From an uncultured Acidobacteriota bacterium (GTDB lineage: Bacteria > Acidobacteriota > Thermoanaerobaculia > Multivoradales > DATKCC01): a DNA stretch of 64,000 nucleotides. Below are positions 28,701-38,078 of this stretch, one piece after another. Positions within the stretch are counted from its first letter, which is position 1; every line of letters begins with the position of its first letter. The notes below the pieces were generated by a model. The model ran no database searches. It worked only from the letters and a program-made list of their open reading frames with translations, and was not told where the DNA came from. The DNA lies in assembly GCA_963837945.1 (NCBI GenBank), contig CAWIQD010000009.1, forward strand, positions 64,529-128,528. The letters run 5' to 3'. The translations under genes were made by a program, and so were the position numbers.

Positions 28701-29236
28701 GGATCGCCTGGAGCACCAGACCCGCCGACGGCGCGCCGCGGGTCGTCGCCCGCCTCGCGCCGGAGCGCGCCGATCTCCACTTCCGCGGGTTCTCGGCCCT
28801 GGTGCGTCGGGCGCCCAACGCCCCCCACGAGTTCGACTACACCCGGGTCTCCACCCGCTCCCCCTGGGCGCCGGTGCGCGGGCGCTACACGCGCTACGGC
28901 GACGTGGGCGCGCTGCTCGCCGACTCCGATAGCCGCTCGGTGGTGCTCGCTCCGGGCGACGAGATCGCCCTTCTCTTCGACACTTCGCGCCTCCCGCCGC
29001 CGCCCGCCGGCTGGCACCGCACCCTCTTCCTCGAGAACCACGGCTGGGACAAGGACTTCGACAAGCACACCTGGGCCATCGAGTCGGGCAGCCTGCCGCT
29101 CCCGTTCGAGGGCATGGGAACCTATCCCTGGGGCGATGACGTTCGGCCGCCCGCCGGGGCGGCCTGGGAGCGCTACCGGCGCGACTGGCTCACCCGCACG
29201 CCGGACGGCCCGGCCCCCGGCGCCCGCCGCCCCTGA
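25796..29236 (+). CDS. secreted TPR + FG-GAP/VCBS + ASPIC/UnbV (CRTAC1-like) multidomain protein, 1146 aa
   Basis: Signal peptide. N-terminal TPR units (LAVAQLRQQQTDDALRSIARAIELAP...). Multiple DxDGDGxxD repeats. NHWLAVRLAGLTQGNGKNNVRGVGATVEVETG UnbV/ASPIC signature. ~300 aa C-terminal extension. Confidence 0.8.
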   Translation: MALRAALALPLALALTLAPARHGSGAPAAAGKAPDWGRAVALQRQALAQLENEQPGKAEELFRELTRVVPGDPMPWANLAVAQLRQQQTDDALRSIARAIELAPGNGEVLAVKGAILDWTGDGDAALAAYRQAAELDPRDPQVLYALLREATASGDREAGRQALADLARVRPDNFVVLLERGKAAIQSGDREAASGVFLRVRDLVWQAPPVAVTALQGVFDALESGDVSNARIPAARLENVLKITPMYRESLRELSSGIQGVPLQHFAGEPPTTSFGDPIAVRFTGARLSDVPTRAGGLALGDFDGDGTPDVARLLERKDGGLEIRAVSAKARNEPRVLAASGATGLLAADLWNDGALDLVAFGPKGTTVLAGTAGKDGAAGLAPSDPAKTGLGKAAGSAGAVLDYDIEGDLDLALAGGGADAPVALFRNPLDAPLEDVSSKVFPKLHFPGARALVASDLDRDGDVDLLAGGTAGLLWLDNLRQGRFVDRTAAGGLAGALPVEALVSADLDGDGRPDVVAAGRGVALWRHAGDRFERWNAPGLPGADAGSFTAAVAFDADNDGRLDLALAGPGGVRVLGQDGRGGFRTLAVSGGPPSAAAIDALDADGDGDLDLVVAGPAGLHLLTNEGGNRNHWLAVRLAGLTQGNGKNNVRGVGATVEVETGTAYQFREHDGRVSHFGIGRLTAADVLRVVWNNGVPQDRLDVAGNQTITEEQVLKGSCPFLYTWNGRRIAFVTDLLWNAPAGLPAAPGAWIPADPEELVRVEGARPLPGRPGVYDLRITEELWEAAYFDLARLWVVDHPPGVAVASNLRVVPGGGPRPERVLGTRDVRPIAAAWDGEGRDVTARVRSRDSVYADGYRPSAYQGLAAAPWSLTFDLGEAPAAPVRLLLDGWIFPTDASINIALAQRHDLALEAPKLEVETAAGWRVLMPAMGHPAGKTKTMVVDTPPLPPGAHRLRITTSMWISWDRIAWSTRPADGAPRVVARLAPERADLHFRGFSALVRRAPNAPHEFDYTRVSTRSPWAPVRGRYTRYGDVGALLADSDSRSVVLAPGDEIALLFDTSRLPPPPAGWHRTLFLENHGWDKDFDKHTWAIESGSLPLPFEGMGTYPWGDDVRPPAGAAWERYRRDWLTRTPDGPAPGARRP

Positions 29237-29487
29237 GCCCCCGCCGACCGGTCGCGCGGCCCTCGGGCGCCGGCTTCTCCCCACCATTCACGATTTGTCT
29301 CATTTTCGCATCTCCGCGCACGTAGGCTGAGGAAGTCACACCACGCCCGACACCTCTCGCTAGGCGTACCCTGGCCGGCCGCCGAGAGCGAGCCCTCGGT
29401 GAGGGTTCCACCGGCAGTCGGCCTTTCGATCCATGGTTCGCCGGCCCCTCTGCATGGCCGGCGGAGAGGGATTCAAGGAGGAGAGGT

Positions 29488-31047
29488 ATGTCTCGTAGCG
29501 TGTGGTTTCTCGCAGTCGCGGTACTTGCCCTCGGCCTGGGCGGTGCGCCCGCCGGCGCGCAGACGGTCGCGCCCGGCGACGACGGCCCGGCCCTGACGGT
29601 GACCGACGGGCTGACCCAGACCCAGGTCGTCCAGGACTTGCAGAACGCCCAGAACCAGGGCCCGGACCCGTTCAAGACCGAGCTCGACTTCTACCGCAGC
29701 CTCGGCCTGATCGTCTTCACCACGCCGTTCAACGAGAAGGACGGCCTGGGGGACGGCCCGTTCGACCCCGACGAGTCGGGCACGCCGATCGACCTGGGAA
29801 GCCGGCCGACGCTCCAGGGCAACGGCCAGTTCCTGCGAGTCAACGGCCTGGACTCCCAGAGCTGCAACGAGTGCCACAGCATCGTCAGCGACGCTACCGT
29901 GCCGCCCGATCTCGGCATCGGCGGCGTCGGTGGCGTGTCGGCCAACGCGATCATCATGCCGAGCCTGATCGACGTCGCCGACTCGTTCGACGACCGCGTG
30001 CACTTCGTCGCCGGCCACGATCCGAACCTGCCCCTGACCGAGGACGGCGTCGCGGACTTCAACGGCCGGTTCGCCAACTCTCCGTTCCTGTTCGGCGGCG
30101 GCGGGGTCGAGCTGGTGGCCAAGGAGATGACCCGGGAGCTCGAGAAGATCCTCGCGGACCTCAAGGCCGGGCCGGGCGGTGTCACCGTCGCTCTTCGACG
30201 CCAAGGGCGTCCACTTCGGCACCGCCACCAAGCTCGAAAACGGGAAGATCGAGCTCGACCTCCAAGGGATCGGCTTCCTTCCCGATCCTCTGAAGCCGCG
30301 GAGCGACGAACAACAGATCGTCGTCCGCCCCTTCGGCCGCAAGGGCGACCGCTTCAGCATGCGCGACTTCGACCTCGGCGCGATGGAGTTCCACTTCGGG
30401 ATCCAGCCGGTCGAGGACCCGACCCTCGAGAGCGAGGACGACGATCGGCGACGGCGTCACCGAACGAGCTCACGGTGCCCGAGATGACGGTGCTCGACCT
30501 GTTCAACGTGACCAACCCGCCGCCGGTCCAGGCGCCGGACGCGGACAGCCGGGGGCGGACGCTGTTCACCCAGATCGGCTGTGCCGACTGCCACCGGCCC
30601 ACCTTCGCCACCGAGTCGCCCAACCTCACTCTCTCCTTCCCCGAGGTCGCGGAGGATCCGGACGCGAACGTCTTCATCAGCATCGATCTGCGGAGATTCG
30701 GCTTCGCCCAGGATCCCGACGGCCCCGGCGTGCTGGTGCCGCTCTACTCGGATCTGAAGCGCCACGACATGGGCGAGGGCCTGGAGGAGGACTTCGACGC
30801 CCTGCGCCGAACGGTCTCCAACCGGGAGTTCGTCACCGCGCGCCTCTGGGGGATCGCCGACACCGGACCCTACCTCCACGACGGGCGGGCGACGAGCATC
30901 TACCAGGCGATCGTCCGCCACGGCGGTGAGGCCGCGCACGCCGAGTCCGCCTTCGAGGATCTCTCGGCGACCGACAAGCGGCACCTCATCTCGTTCCTCA
31001 AGAGCCTCCACACACCGGCTCATCCCAACGAGGACATCACGCCGTAG
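29488..31047 (+). pseudogene. dihaem cytochrome c oxidoreductase (DUF1111 / MauG-CCP superfamily), disrupted by at least two frameshifts (~30175 and ~30440-30465)
   Basis: Signal peptide. CNECHS and CADCHRP haem motifs. C-terminal GPYLHDGRATSIYQAIVRHGGEA typical of CCP/DUF1111. The middle 100 aa are Arg-rich in this frame, while the +1 frame (30179-30487) reads the natural sequence LFDAKGVHFGTATKLENGKIELDLQGIGFLPDP.... Confidence 0.6.
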
Positions 31048-31085
31048 CGGGTCGGCAGAGGCCGCTCCGCTATGCTGGGGGGGCC

Positions 31086-32804
31086 ATGGTCCGGCCCCTC
31101 CAGCCGTTCGTCCTCGCGTCGGGCCTCGCCCTGGCCGCGGTCCTGGCCTCGTCGGCCGGAGCCGCGAGCCAGGACGAGCTCGGCGAGACCTTGCGCCGGA
31201 CGCTCGACGCCGGCCGGGCCGAGGGGCGGCTCGAGATCGGCAGCACGGCCGCCTACGCCTCGGAGGCACTGCCGCACTTCTACGAGGCGCGAGGGTTCGA
31301 GCCGGTCTGGACCGACGCCGGCGGAGCCCTGCCGCGGGCCGCCCGGATGGTGCTCGTCCTGCGCCAGGCCGAGCGCGAGGGCCTCTCGCCGCGGGATTAC
31401 CACCTGGCGGCCATCGAAGGCCTCCTGGCCGGGTTGGCGGAACACCCGCGGCCGCGCGCCGGCGCGGCGCCCGCCAGCGAACCGCCGCCGGAGCTCGCCC
31501 AGCTCGACCTGCTCCTCTCCGACGCCGCGCTCCTCTACGCCAGCCACCTGGTGTCGGGAAAGACCGACCCGGCGACCCTCCACACCCACTGGCGGGCCGA
31601 CCGGCGCGAGCTCGACGCGGCCGGCTTCCTCGAGGACGCCCTCGGCTCCGGCGATCTCGCCGCCGCCTACGAGGGGCTCCTCCCCGCCTACCCCGGATAT
31701 CGGCGGCTTCGCCGGGCCCTGGCCGATCTCCAGCGGATCGCCGACGCGGGCGGCTGGGGCAGGGTGCCGGCGGGCGAGCCTCTGCGGCCCGGCGAGACGA
31801 GCGCACGAGCGCCGGCGCTGCGCCGGCGCCTCGCGCTCTCCGGTGACCTGGCGGCGGATCGCGCGTCCGCCCCGAGCGCCGGCGAGGAGACCCTCTACGA
31901 CCCCGACCTCGAGGCCGCGGTCCGCTCGTTCCAGGCCCGCCACGGCCTGACGGCGGACGGCGTCGTCGGCGGACGCACCCTCGCCGCCCTCGACGTGCCG
32001 GTCGAGCGCAGGATCGAGCAGGTGATCGTGAGCCTCGAGCGCTGGCGCTGGCTGCCCCAGGACCTGGGGGAGCGCCACGTCCTGGTGAACATCGCGGGCT
32101 TCGAGCTCCAGGCGGTCGACCGGGGACGCGTCGCGCTCGCCTCGCGGGTGATCGTGGGCAAGCTCTTCACCAAGACGCCGGTCTTTTCCGGCCGGATGAC
32201 CTACCTGGTGCTGAACCCGTTCTGGTACGTGCCGGCGTCGATCGCCAGGAACGAGATCCTGCGCGACGTGCAGAAGGACCCGGGCTACCTCGCCCGGGAG
32301 AAGCTCGACGTGATGGACGGCACGGGGCCTGCGGCCCGCGTGCTCGATCCGGCGGCGATCGACTGGCGGAGCCTCGGTCCCGGCGACCTGCCGTACGTCT
32401 TCCGCCAGCGCCCCGGCAAGGCGAACTCCCTGGGGCGGATCAAGCTCATGTTCCCCAACCCGTACAACGTCTACCTCCACGACACACCGGCTCGCAGCCT
32501 CTTCGCGCGCGACGTCCGGGCCTTCAGCCACGGCTGCATCCGCGTCGAGAAGCCCCTGGAGCTCGCCGCCTGGGCGCTCGCAGGCGATCCGCGCTGGAAC
32601 GAGGAGACGCTGGCGGCGGCGATCGACACCGGGGTCCAGCGGACGATCCTCCTCGCCCAGCCGCTGCCGGTGCACGTCCTCTACTGGACCGCCTGGGTCG
32701 ACGAGCAGGGCGTGCTCCAGCTCCGCGACGACGTCTATGGCCGCGATCCGGTGGTGCTCCGGGCGCTCCGCGAGACGCCGCCCGCAGCCACCCCTTCGCG
32801 CTGA
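31086..32804 (+). CDS. L,D-transpeptidase (YcbB/LdtD family) with peptidoglycan-binding domain
   Basis: Signal peptide. PG-binding repeat (DPDLEAAVRSFQARHGLTADGVVGGRTLAAL). YkuD catalytic domain with SHGCIRV active-site Cys. Confidence 0.8.
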   Translation: MVRPLQPFVLASGLALAAVLASSAGAASQDELGETLRRTLDAGRAEGRLEIGSTAAYASEALPHFYEARGFEPVWTDAGGALPRAARMVLVLRQAEREGLSPRDYHLAAIEGLLAGLAEHPRPRAGAAPASEPPPELAQLDLLLSDAALLYASHLVSGKTDPATLHTHWRADRRELDAAGFLEDALGSGDLAAAYEGLLPAYPGYRRLRRALADLQRIADAGGWGRVPAGEPLRPGETSARAPALRRRLALSGDLAADRASAPSAGEETLYDPDLEAAVRSFQARHGLTADGVVGGRTLAALDVPVERRIEQVIVSLERWRWLPQDLGERHVLVNIAGFELQAVDRGRVALASRVIVGKLFTKTPVFSGRMTYLVLNPFWYVPASIARNEILRDVQKDPGYLAREKLDVMDGTGPAARVLDPAAIDWRSLGPGDLPYVFRQRPGKANSLGRIKLMFPNPYNVYLHDTPARSLFARDVRAFSHGCIRVEKPLELAAWALAGDPRWNEETLAAAIDTGVQRTILLAQPLPVHVLYWTAWVDEQGVLQLRDDVYGRDPVVLRALRETPPAATPSR

Positions 32805-32846
32805 GATCCGGCCCGCCGAGCCGAAACCCGGGACGGGAGGGGGCGA

Positions 32847-33248
32847 TCAGCCGACTTCGCTCATCAGCGCCAGCAGGTTGCCCTCGGAGTCCCGGAAGAA
32901 GGCCATCCAGAGCTCGTAGGTCTCGGTGCGGTGGACGACGTGGGGCTCGCCCTCGAGCTCGACGCCGCGGCCGGCGAGCACCCGGTGCGCCTCGCGCACG
33001 TCCGCGACCCGGAAGTAGAGGACCGACGACAGGTGGTCGTGCTCGGGATTCGAGGGGAGCCCGAGGAGCAGCCGGACGCCGGCGCAGTCGAAGAAGCTCA
33101 TGCCGGGCGCGCCGAACAGGAACCGCACTCCCAGCGTGTCGCGGTAGAAGGCGGTGGCGCGGTCCAGGTCGTGGACGTTGACGGCGATCTGGCCGATCTC
33201 CGAGAGGCCGAAGGCGGCCTCGGGACCGGGTCGGGCGGTGGCATTCAT
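32847..33248 (-). CDS. VOC (glyoxalase/bleomycin-resistance/dioxygenase) family protein
   Basis: IGQIAVNVHDLDRATAFYRDTLGVRF...ELWMAFFRDSEGNLLALM beta-alpha-beta-beta-beta VOC fold motifs. ATG at 33248 preceded by GGAGG. Confidence 0.7.
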   Translation of the reverse strand: MNATARPGPEAAFGLSEIGQIAVNVHDLDRATAFYRDTLGVRFLFGAPGMSFFDCAGVRLLLGLPSNPEHDHLSSVLYFRVADVREAHRVLAGRGVELEGEPHVVHRTETYELWMAFFRDSEGNLLALMSEVG

Positions 33249-33345
33249 CTCGGGGACCTCCTGGTGACGGGCTCTCCGGGCCAGCCGACCGGTTCCGTGG
33301 GCGACGGGCCACGAATTTGACCCGCCGGCGGGCGCCGTGAGATAG

Positions 33346-33358
33346 TTAGCTTGGCTAA
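33346..33358. promoter_or_regulatory. palindromic box TTAGC-TTG-GCTAA in the marR/VOC divergent region (candidate MarR operator)
   Basis: Perfect 5-bp inverted repeat 14 bp upstream of the marR ATG. Confidence 0.3.
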
Positions 33359-33371
33359 GGAAAATAACCGA

Positions 33372-33848
33372 ATGTCTCCCGCCCGTCAAGATCCGTCGCT
33401 CGGCGCCCGCACCGAGCTCGCCGACCGGCTCCACTCGGCGGCGATTCACCTGCTCCGCAAGCTCCGGACCCAGGACGCCTCCTCCGGGCTCACCGCCCCG
33501 CGCCTTTCGGCCCTGTCGGTGATCGTGTTCGGCGGGCCGATCACCGTGAGCGCCCTGGCCGACGCCGAGCAGGTACGCCTGCCCACCATCTCGCGGCTGG
33601 TCAAGGAGCTCGAAGCGGAAGGCCTGGTCGAGCGCCTCGCCGATCCGACGGACGGGCGGGTGCACCGAGTGCGGGCGACGCCCGCGGGCCGCGAGCTGCT
33701 CGAGCGCGGGCGCGACCGTCGGGTGACGCTTCTCGCCTCGGAGCTGGCGCAGCTGACGCCGGTGGAGGCCCGCACCCTCGCCGAGGCCCTGGCGATCCTC
33801 GAGCGGGTCACGCTGCCCCGCGAGCACCCGCGGCGGGAGGAGTCGTGA
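33372..33848 (+). CDS. MarR family transcriptional regulator
   Basis: Winged-helix region TAPRLSALSVIVFGGPITVSALADAEQVRLPTISRLVKELEAEGLVER...DGRVHRVRATPAGRELL. ATG at 33372 behind AAGGAAAA. Confidence 0.75.
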   Translation: MSPARQDPSLGARTELADRLHSAAIHLLRKLRTQDASSGLTAPRLSALSVIVFGGPITVSALADAEQVRLPTISRLVKELEAEGLVERLADPTDGRVHRVRATPAGRELLERGRDRRVTLLASELAQLTPVEARTLAEALAILERVTLPREHPRREES

Positions 33849-34501
33849 CGGCCGAGCGTCGAGCGCTCGTGCGCCGGGGCCTGGTGCTCTGCGCCCTGAC
33901 CCTCGCCTGGGACCTGGTGGAGGGGGTGGTCGCGGTCGCGGCCGGCGCCGCCGCGGGCTCGGTCGCCCTCGTGGGCTTCGGCGTCGACTCGCTGGCCGAG
34001 ATGGTGAGCGCCTCGGTGGTCGGCGCCCGCTTCGCCTATGAGACGGGCGAGGCGCCGGAGGAGCGAGCCGAGAGGATCGAGCGCTTCGAGCGGATCGCCA
34101 CGCGCATCGCCGGCGGCCTGCTCCTCCTGGTCGCCCTCTACGTCCTGGTCGATTCGCTGCGCCGGCTGCTCGGCCATGGCCCGGAGCCCCGGCCGAGCAT
34201 GCCCGGGACGATTCTCACCGCCGTCGCGCTTCCGATCATGGGCCTCCTCGCCTGGGGCAAGCTCCGGACCGCCAGGGCGCTGGGCAGCCGCTCGCTCCGC
34301 GCCGACGCCTACGAGAGCGTCAGCTGCGCCTGGCTCGCCGCCGCCACCTTGGCCGGCCTCGTCGCCAACGCCACTCTCGGCTGGTGGTGGGCCGACCCGG
34401 TGGCCGCCCTCGCCGTCCTCCCGCTGGTGGTCAAGGAGGGGCTCGAGGGCCTGCGCGGCGAGGAAGAGGAACGCGGCGAGGAGCCCGCGCCGGACGCCTA
34501 G
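33845..34501 (+). CDS. cation-diffusion-facilitator-like membrane protein (transmembrane domain only)
   Basis: GSVALVGFGVDSLAEMVSA and ...WWWADPVAALAVLPLVVKEG resemble the CDF transmembrane core. No C-terminal cytoplasmic domain. ATG overlaps the marR stop. Confidence 0.55.
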   Translation: MTAERRALVRRGLVLCALTLAWDLVEGVVAVAAGAAAGSVALVGFGVDSLAEMVSASVVGARFAYETGEAPEERAERIERFERIATRIAGGLLLLVALYVLVDSLRRLLGHGPEPRPSMPGTILTAVALPIMGLLAWGKLRTARALGSRSLRADAYESVSCAWLAAATLAGLVANATLGWWWADPVAALAVLPLVVKEGLEGLRGEEEERGEEPAPDA

Positions 34502-35004
34502 GCGTCCGGCGCGGCCTGTGCCAGGCGCTTGAGGAGCTGGATCTGGCCGGCGTGGTAGAGATCGTGGGCGGCGGCGCCGGTGAGCAGCTCGAGGACCGTG
34601 TGCTTCGTGCCCTCGGGGCTCGCCTCGAGGTCGCGGCCGGCGAGGTCCGCGACCGCCTGGCGCAGGCGCCGGTGCTCCTCATCGAGGAGCGCCCGGTCCG
34701 CCTTCCACGCCGCCTTCGTCTCCTTGCCCGCCTCGGGGCGGGGGAAGAAGCTCGAGCCCTGGAGGGGAAAAGAGCCCTGCGGCTCGCCGGTCAAGAGGCG
34801 CCTCACCCGGTACTTCCAGTAGGCGGCGTGGAGCGTGTACTCCCAGGCGTTGTGGCGTCCCGGAGCGGGACGCCAGACGGCCACGGCGACGGGCATGCCG
34901 CGGAGCGAGCCCTTGAGGTTGGTGCCGTGCCAGGACTTGTGGTCGTAGGCCCGGTCGAGGGCGGCGAGGAGCACGGCGACGGCGGGGTCGGTGGGATCCG
35001 GCAA
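34498..35004 (-). CDS. DinB/YfiT-like (DinB_2) family protein
   Basis: Four-helix-bundle family signature with conserved His triad context (…SWHGTNLKGSL…HDLYHAGQIQLL). Confidence 0.65.
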   Translation of the reverse strand: MPDPTDPAVAVLLAALDRAYDHKSWHGTNLKGSLRGMPVAVAVWRPAPGRHNAWEYTLHAAYWKYRVRRLLTGEPQGSFPLQGSSFFPRPEAGKETKAAWKADRALLDEEHRRLRQAVADLAGRDLEASPEGTKHTVLELLTGAAAHDLYHAGQIQLLKRLAQAAPDA

Positions 35005-35026
35005 GAGTGAGCTCCTTTCGGAAGCG

Positions 35027-36628
35027 CTACTCGCGGTACTCGCCGTAGACCGCGCGCAGGCGGTCGGAGATCTCGCCGAGGGTGGCCTCGGCGCGGACGC
35101 AGTCGAGGATCGCGGGCATCAGGTTGCGGTCCTCGCGGGCGGCGCGCTCGAGATCGCCCAGGGCGGCCTCGGCGCGGGCGGCGTCCCGGCGGGCGCGAAA
35201 GGCCCGGAGCCGCTCGACCTGGGCGGCCTCGGCCTCCGGATCGATGGTCAGGATCTCCTGGGGCACCTCGTCTTCCGCTCGGTGCACGTTCACTCCGACG
35301 ACCTTCGCCTCGCCCTCCTCGACCGCGCGCTGCCAGCGGTAGGCGGCGTCGGCGATCTCGCGCTGCTGGAAGCCCCGTTCGAGGCCGGCGAGCGCGCCGC
35401 CCATCTCGTCGATCCGCACCAGGTACTCGCGCGCCCGGCGGGCGATCTCGTCGGTCCAGGACTCGACCAGCCAGCTCCCGCCGAGCGGGTCGGCGGCGTC
35501 GGCCACGCCGCTCTCGTGGGCGATCACCTGCTGGGTGCGCAGGGCGAGAAGCGCCGTCTCTTCGGTCGGGAGCCCCAGGGCCTCGTCGAGGGCGTTGGTG
35601 TGGAGCGACTGGGTGCCGCCGCAGACCGCCGCCAGCGCCTGGATCGTCGTCCGGACCACGTTGTTCTTCGGCTGCTGGGCGGTCAAGGTCGAGCCCGCGG
35701 TCTGGGTGTGGAAGCGCAGCCAGAGCGAGCGCTCGTCGCGCGGCGCGAAACGCTCGGCCATGAGCTCGGCCCACAGGCGCCGCGCCGCCCGGAACTTCGC
35801 CACCTCCTCGAGGAAGTTGCTGTGGGCGTTGAAGAAGAAGGAGACCCGCTGGGCGAAGTCGTCGACGTCGAGGCCGCGCGCGACCGCGGCGGCGACGTAG
35901 GCGAGGCCGTTGGCGAGGGTGAAGGCCACCTCCTGGACCGCGGTCGAGCCGGCCTCGCGCATGTGGTAGCCGGAGACCGAGATCGGGTTCCAGCGCGGCA
36001 CGTGGCGGGCGCAGAACTCGATCACGTCGGTGACCAGCTTCATCGACGGCCCCGGCGGGTAGATGTAGGTGCCGCGGGCGGCGTACTCTTTGAGGATGTC
36101 GTTCTGGACCGTGCCGCCGAGCGCCTCCCAGGACACCCCCTGCTCCTCCGCGACCGCCAGGTAGAGGGCGAGGAGGATCGCCGCCGTGGCGTTGATCGTC
36201 ATCGAGGTCGTCACCCGGTCGAGGGGAATGCCGTCGAAGAGGCGGCGCATGTCGGCGATCGAGTCGATCGCCACCCCCACCCGCCCCACCTCGCCCCGGG
36301 CGAGCGGCGCGTCGGAGTCGTAGCCGATCTGGGTCGGCAGGTCGAAGGCCACCGAGAGGCCGGTCGTGCCCTGCTCCAAGAGGTAGCGGTAACGCCGGTT
36401 CGACTCCGCGGCGTCGGCGTAGCCGGCGTACTGTCGCATGGTCCAGAGCCGCGAGCGGTACATGTCCGGGTAGAGCCCGCGGGTGAAGGGGGCCTCCCCC
36501 GGGTCGCCGATCTCCCGGCGGTAGTCGATGCCGGCGGTGTCGGCCGGCCGGTAGGTCGCCTGAATCTCGAGCCCCGAGGTCGTCTCGCGCGGCGCGGCCG
36601 GCGCCCGGGGTTCGCTCTTCTTCGCCAT
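35027..36628 (-). CDS. methylmalonyl-CoA mutase family protein, catalytic (TIM-barrel) subunit without B12-binding domain
   Basis: [68 protein letters not shown] are diagnostic MCM alpha motifs. The protein ends after the barrel (533 aa). Confidence 0.85.
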   Translation of the reverse strand: MAKKSEPRAPAAPRETTSGLEIQATYRPADTAGIDYRREIGDPGEAPFTRGLYPDMYRSRLWTMRQYAGYADAAESNRRYRYLLEQGTTGLSVAFDLPTQIGYDSDAPLARGEVGRVGVAIDSIADMRRLFDGIPLDRVTTSMTINATAAILLALYLAVAEEQGVSWEALGGTVQNDILKEYAARGTYIYPPGPSMKLVTDVIEFCARHVPRWNPISVSGYHMREAGSTAVQEVAFTLANGLAYVAAAVARGLDVDDFAQRVSFFFNAHSNFLEEVAKFRAARRLWAELMAERFAPRDERSLWLRFHTQTAGSTLTAQQPKNNVVRTTIQALAAVCGGTQSLHTNALDEALGLPTEETALLALRTQQVIAHESGVADAADPLGGSWLVESWTDEIARRAREYLVRIDEMGGALAGLERGFQQREIADAAYRWQRAVEEGEAKVVGVNVHRAEDEVPQEILTIDPEAEAAQVERLRAFRARRDAARAEAALGDLERAAREDRNLMPAILDCVRAEATLGEISDRLRAVYGEYRE

Positions 36629-36657
36629 GGGGGAGGCTTCGCAGCCCGCGGAGCGTG

Positions 36658-37845
36658 CTACGCCATCAACCGGACGAGCTCGCGCTGGGGCTCGCCGCCG
36701 GTGACCTCGGCGCCCTCGGGGGTGAGGGCGACGTTGATCTCGCTCCGGATGCCGATCTCGCCGGCGAGGTAGATCCCCGGCTCGATCGAGAACCCGGTCA
36801 TCGGGATCAGGAGGCGCTCGTCGTGGGTCTCGAGGTTGTCCATGTTGGCGCCCTGGCCGTGGTCCGAGGTGTCGATCGAGTGGCCGGTGCGGTGGAAGAA
36901 GCGCTCGCCGTAGCCGGCGTCGCGGATCTCGGCGCGCGCCGCGTCGTCGACCTCGTAGCCGTGGACCGGTTGGGCCGGGAAGCGGCTCTGGACGAGCCCC
37001 AGGGCGGCGTCGCGGGCCCGGGAAACGATCTCGAACAGCTCCTGCTGGCGCTCCGTGGGCGACGGCCCACAGACGGCGGTCCAGGTGATGTCGGCGTAGA
37101 TCGAGCCCGGCGCCTTCTCCTTGGCCCAGAGGTCGATGAGCAGGAGGTTGCCGGGGCGGATCGGCGTCGATCCCTCGGGCGCCGGCTGATAGTGCGGGTC
37201 GGCGGCGTGGGCGTCGACCGCCACGATCGGCGGCGCCTCGGCGAACAGGCCGGCGGCGGCGAAGCGCTCCCAGATGAGCTGCTGCACCGCGTACTCGTCG
37301 ATCGCTTCGCCGGCCGCGAGCGCCCGGCGCACGCGGTCGAAGGCGGCGTGGACCGTGGCGTGGAGCTCGTGGTTGGCCCGCCGGTGGCTCTCGAGCTGCT
37401 CCGGGCTCCAGGTGGCGGCGAAGCGCTGGACCAGCTCCGCCGAGGAGGCGAGGCGGCAGCCGGCGGCGCGCAGGAGCTCGGCCGTACCCAGGTCGAGCCG
37501 CGAGACGGTGGGCAGGGCGCACTCCGGGCTGTACTGGACGGCCAGGTTCGGATGGCCGGAGACCAGGCGGGCGAGGCCATCGCGGTGCTCCTGCCAGGTC
37601 AGGTACTGCGCCTTCTCCCCGGGCAGGTGGTCGAGCTGGCCGGGCTCGAGCGCGTGGACCAGCTTCGCCGGCTCGCCGCTCGCCGGGATCAGGTAGTAGC
37701 AGCGCCGGGTGACCAGGTGGTTGCCGCCGAGCCCCAGGAGCTGGAGGGTGATCGGGTCGTTGAGCTGGAAGCAGGTGAAGAGCCAGGCGTCGTGCCCGCC
37801 CTCGGTGAGCGCGTCCTGGATCGCTCCGATCTGATCGCTGAGCAT
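36658..37845 (-). CDS. M24 family metallopeptidase (Xaa-Pro aminopeptidase/creatinase-like)
   Basis: Pita-bread metal ligand motifs (…[27 protein letters not shown]…, [32 protein letters not shown]). ATG at 37845 behind GGAGG. Confidence 0.8.
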   Translation of the reverse strand: MLSDQIGAIQDALTEGGHDAWLFTCFQLNDPITLQLLGLGGNHLVTRRCYYLIPASGEPAKLVHALEPGQLDHLPGEKAQYLTWQEHRDGLARLVSGHPNLAVQYSPECALPTVSRLDLGTAELLRAAGCRLASSAELVQRFAATWSPEQLESHRRANHELHATVHAAFDRVRRALAAGEAIDEYAVQQLIWERFAAAGLFAEAPPIVAVDAHAADPHYQPAPEGSTPIRPGNLLLIDLWAKEKAPGSIYADITWTAVCGPSPTERQQELFEIVSRARDAALGLVQSRFPAQPVHGYEVDDAARAEIRDAGYGERFFHRTGHSIDTSDHGQGANMDNLETHDERLLIPMTGFSIEPGIYLAGEIGIRSEINVALTPEGAEVTGGEPQRELVRLMA

Positions 37846-37912
37846 CCGTTCCTCCGTCACGTCCGGCGGCGTCCCCCGGACCGCCCGGGATCGTATCAGG
37901 CGCGAAGCCACG

Positions 37913-37933
37913 CCGACGGCACCGATCTTGAAC
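37913..37933 (+). promoter_or_regulatory. conserved 20-nt motif CGACGGCACCGATCTTGAAC (sigma-54-like -24 GGCAC / N5 / -12 TTGA variant), copy 1
   Basis: Identical 20-mer also at 40698-40718. GGCAC-N5-TTG spacing matches -24/-12 geometry but -12 is GA rather than GC. Confidence 0.3.
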
Positions 37934-38078
37934 CTCTACCGGCCGGGGACAGACAGCGGCGCCCGCCTTCCGTGCCAGAGCGAGCGGCCCGGCCGGGACC
38001 GGTCGAGGCCGAACGCCGGACGGGGCGGCGGGCCGGAACCCTTGGAACGAACACGCACGAGGAGGTCGAATTTTCACC

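Noticed and set aside
22588-29287. 2114-aa plus ORF and 1184-aa minus ORF overlapping polA and the TPR-CRTAC1 gene
   Set aside because: Antisense or out of frame to strongly conserved polA and CRTAC1 sequences. Arg/Gly/Asp/Pro low complexity.
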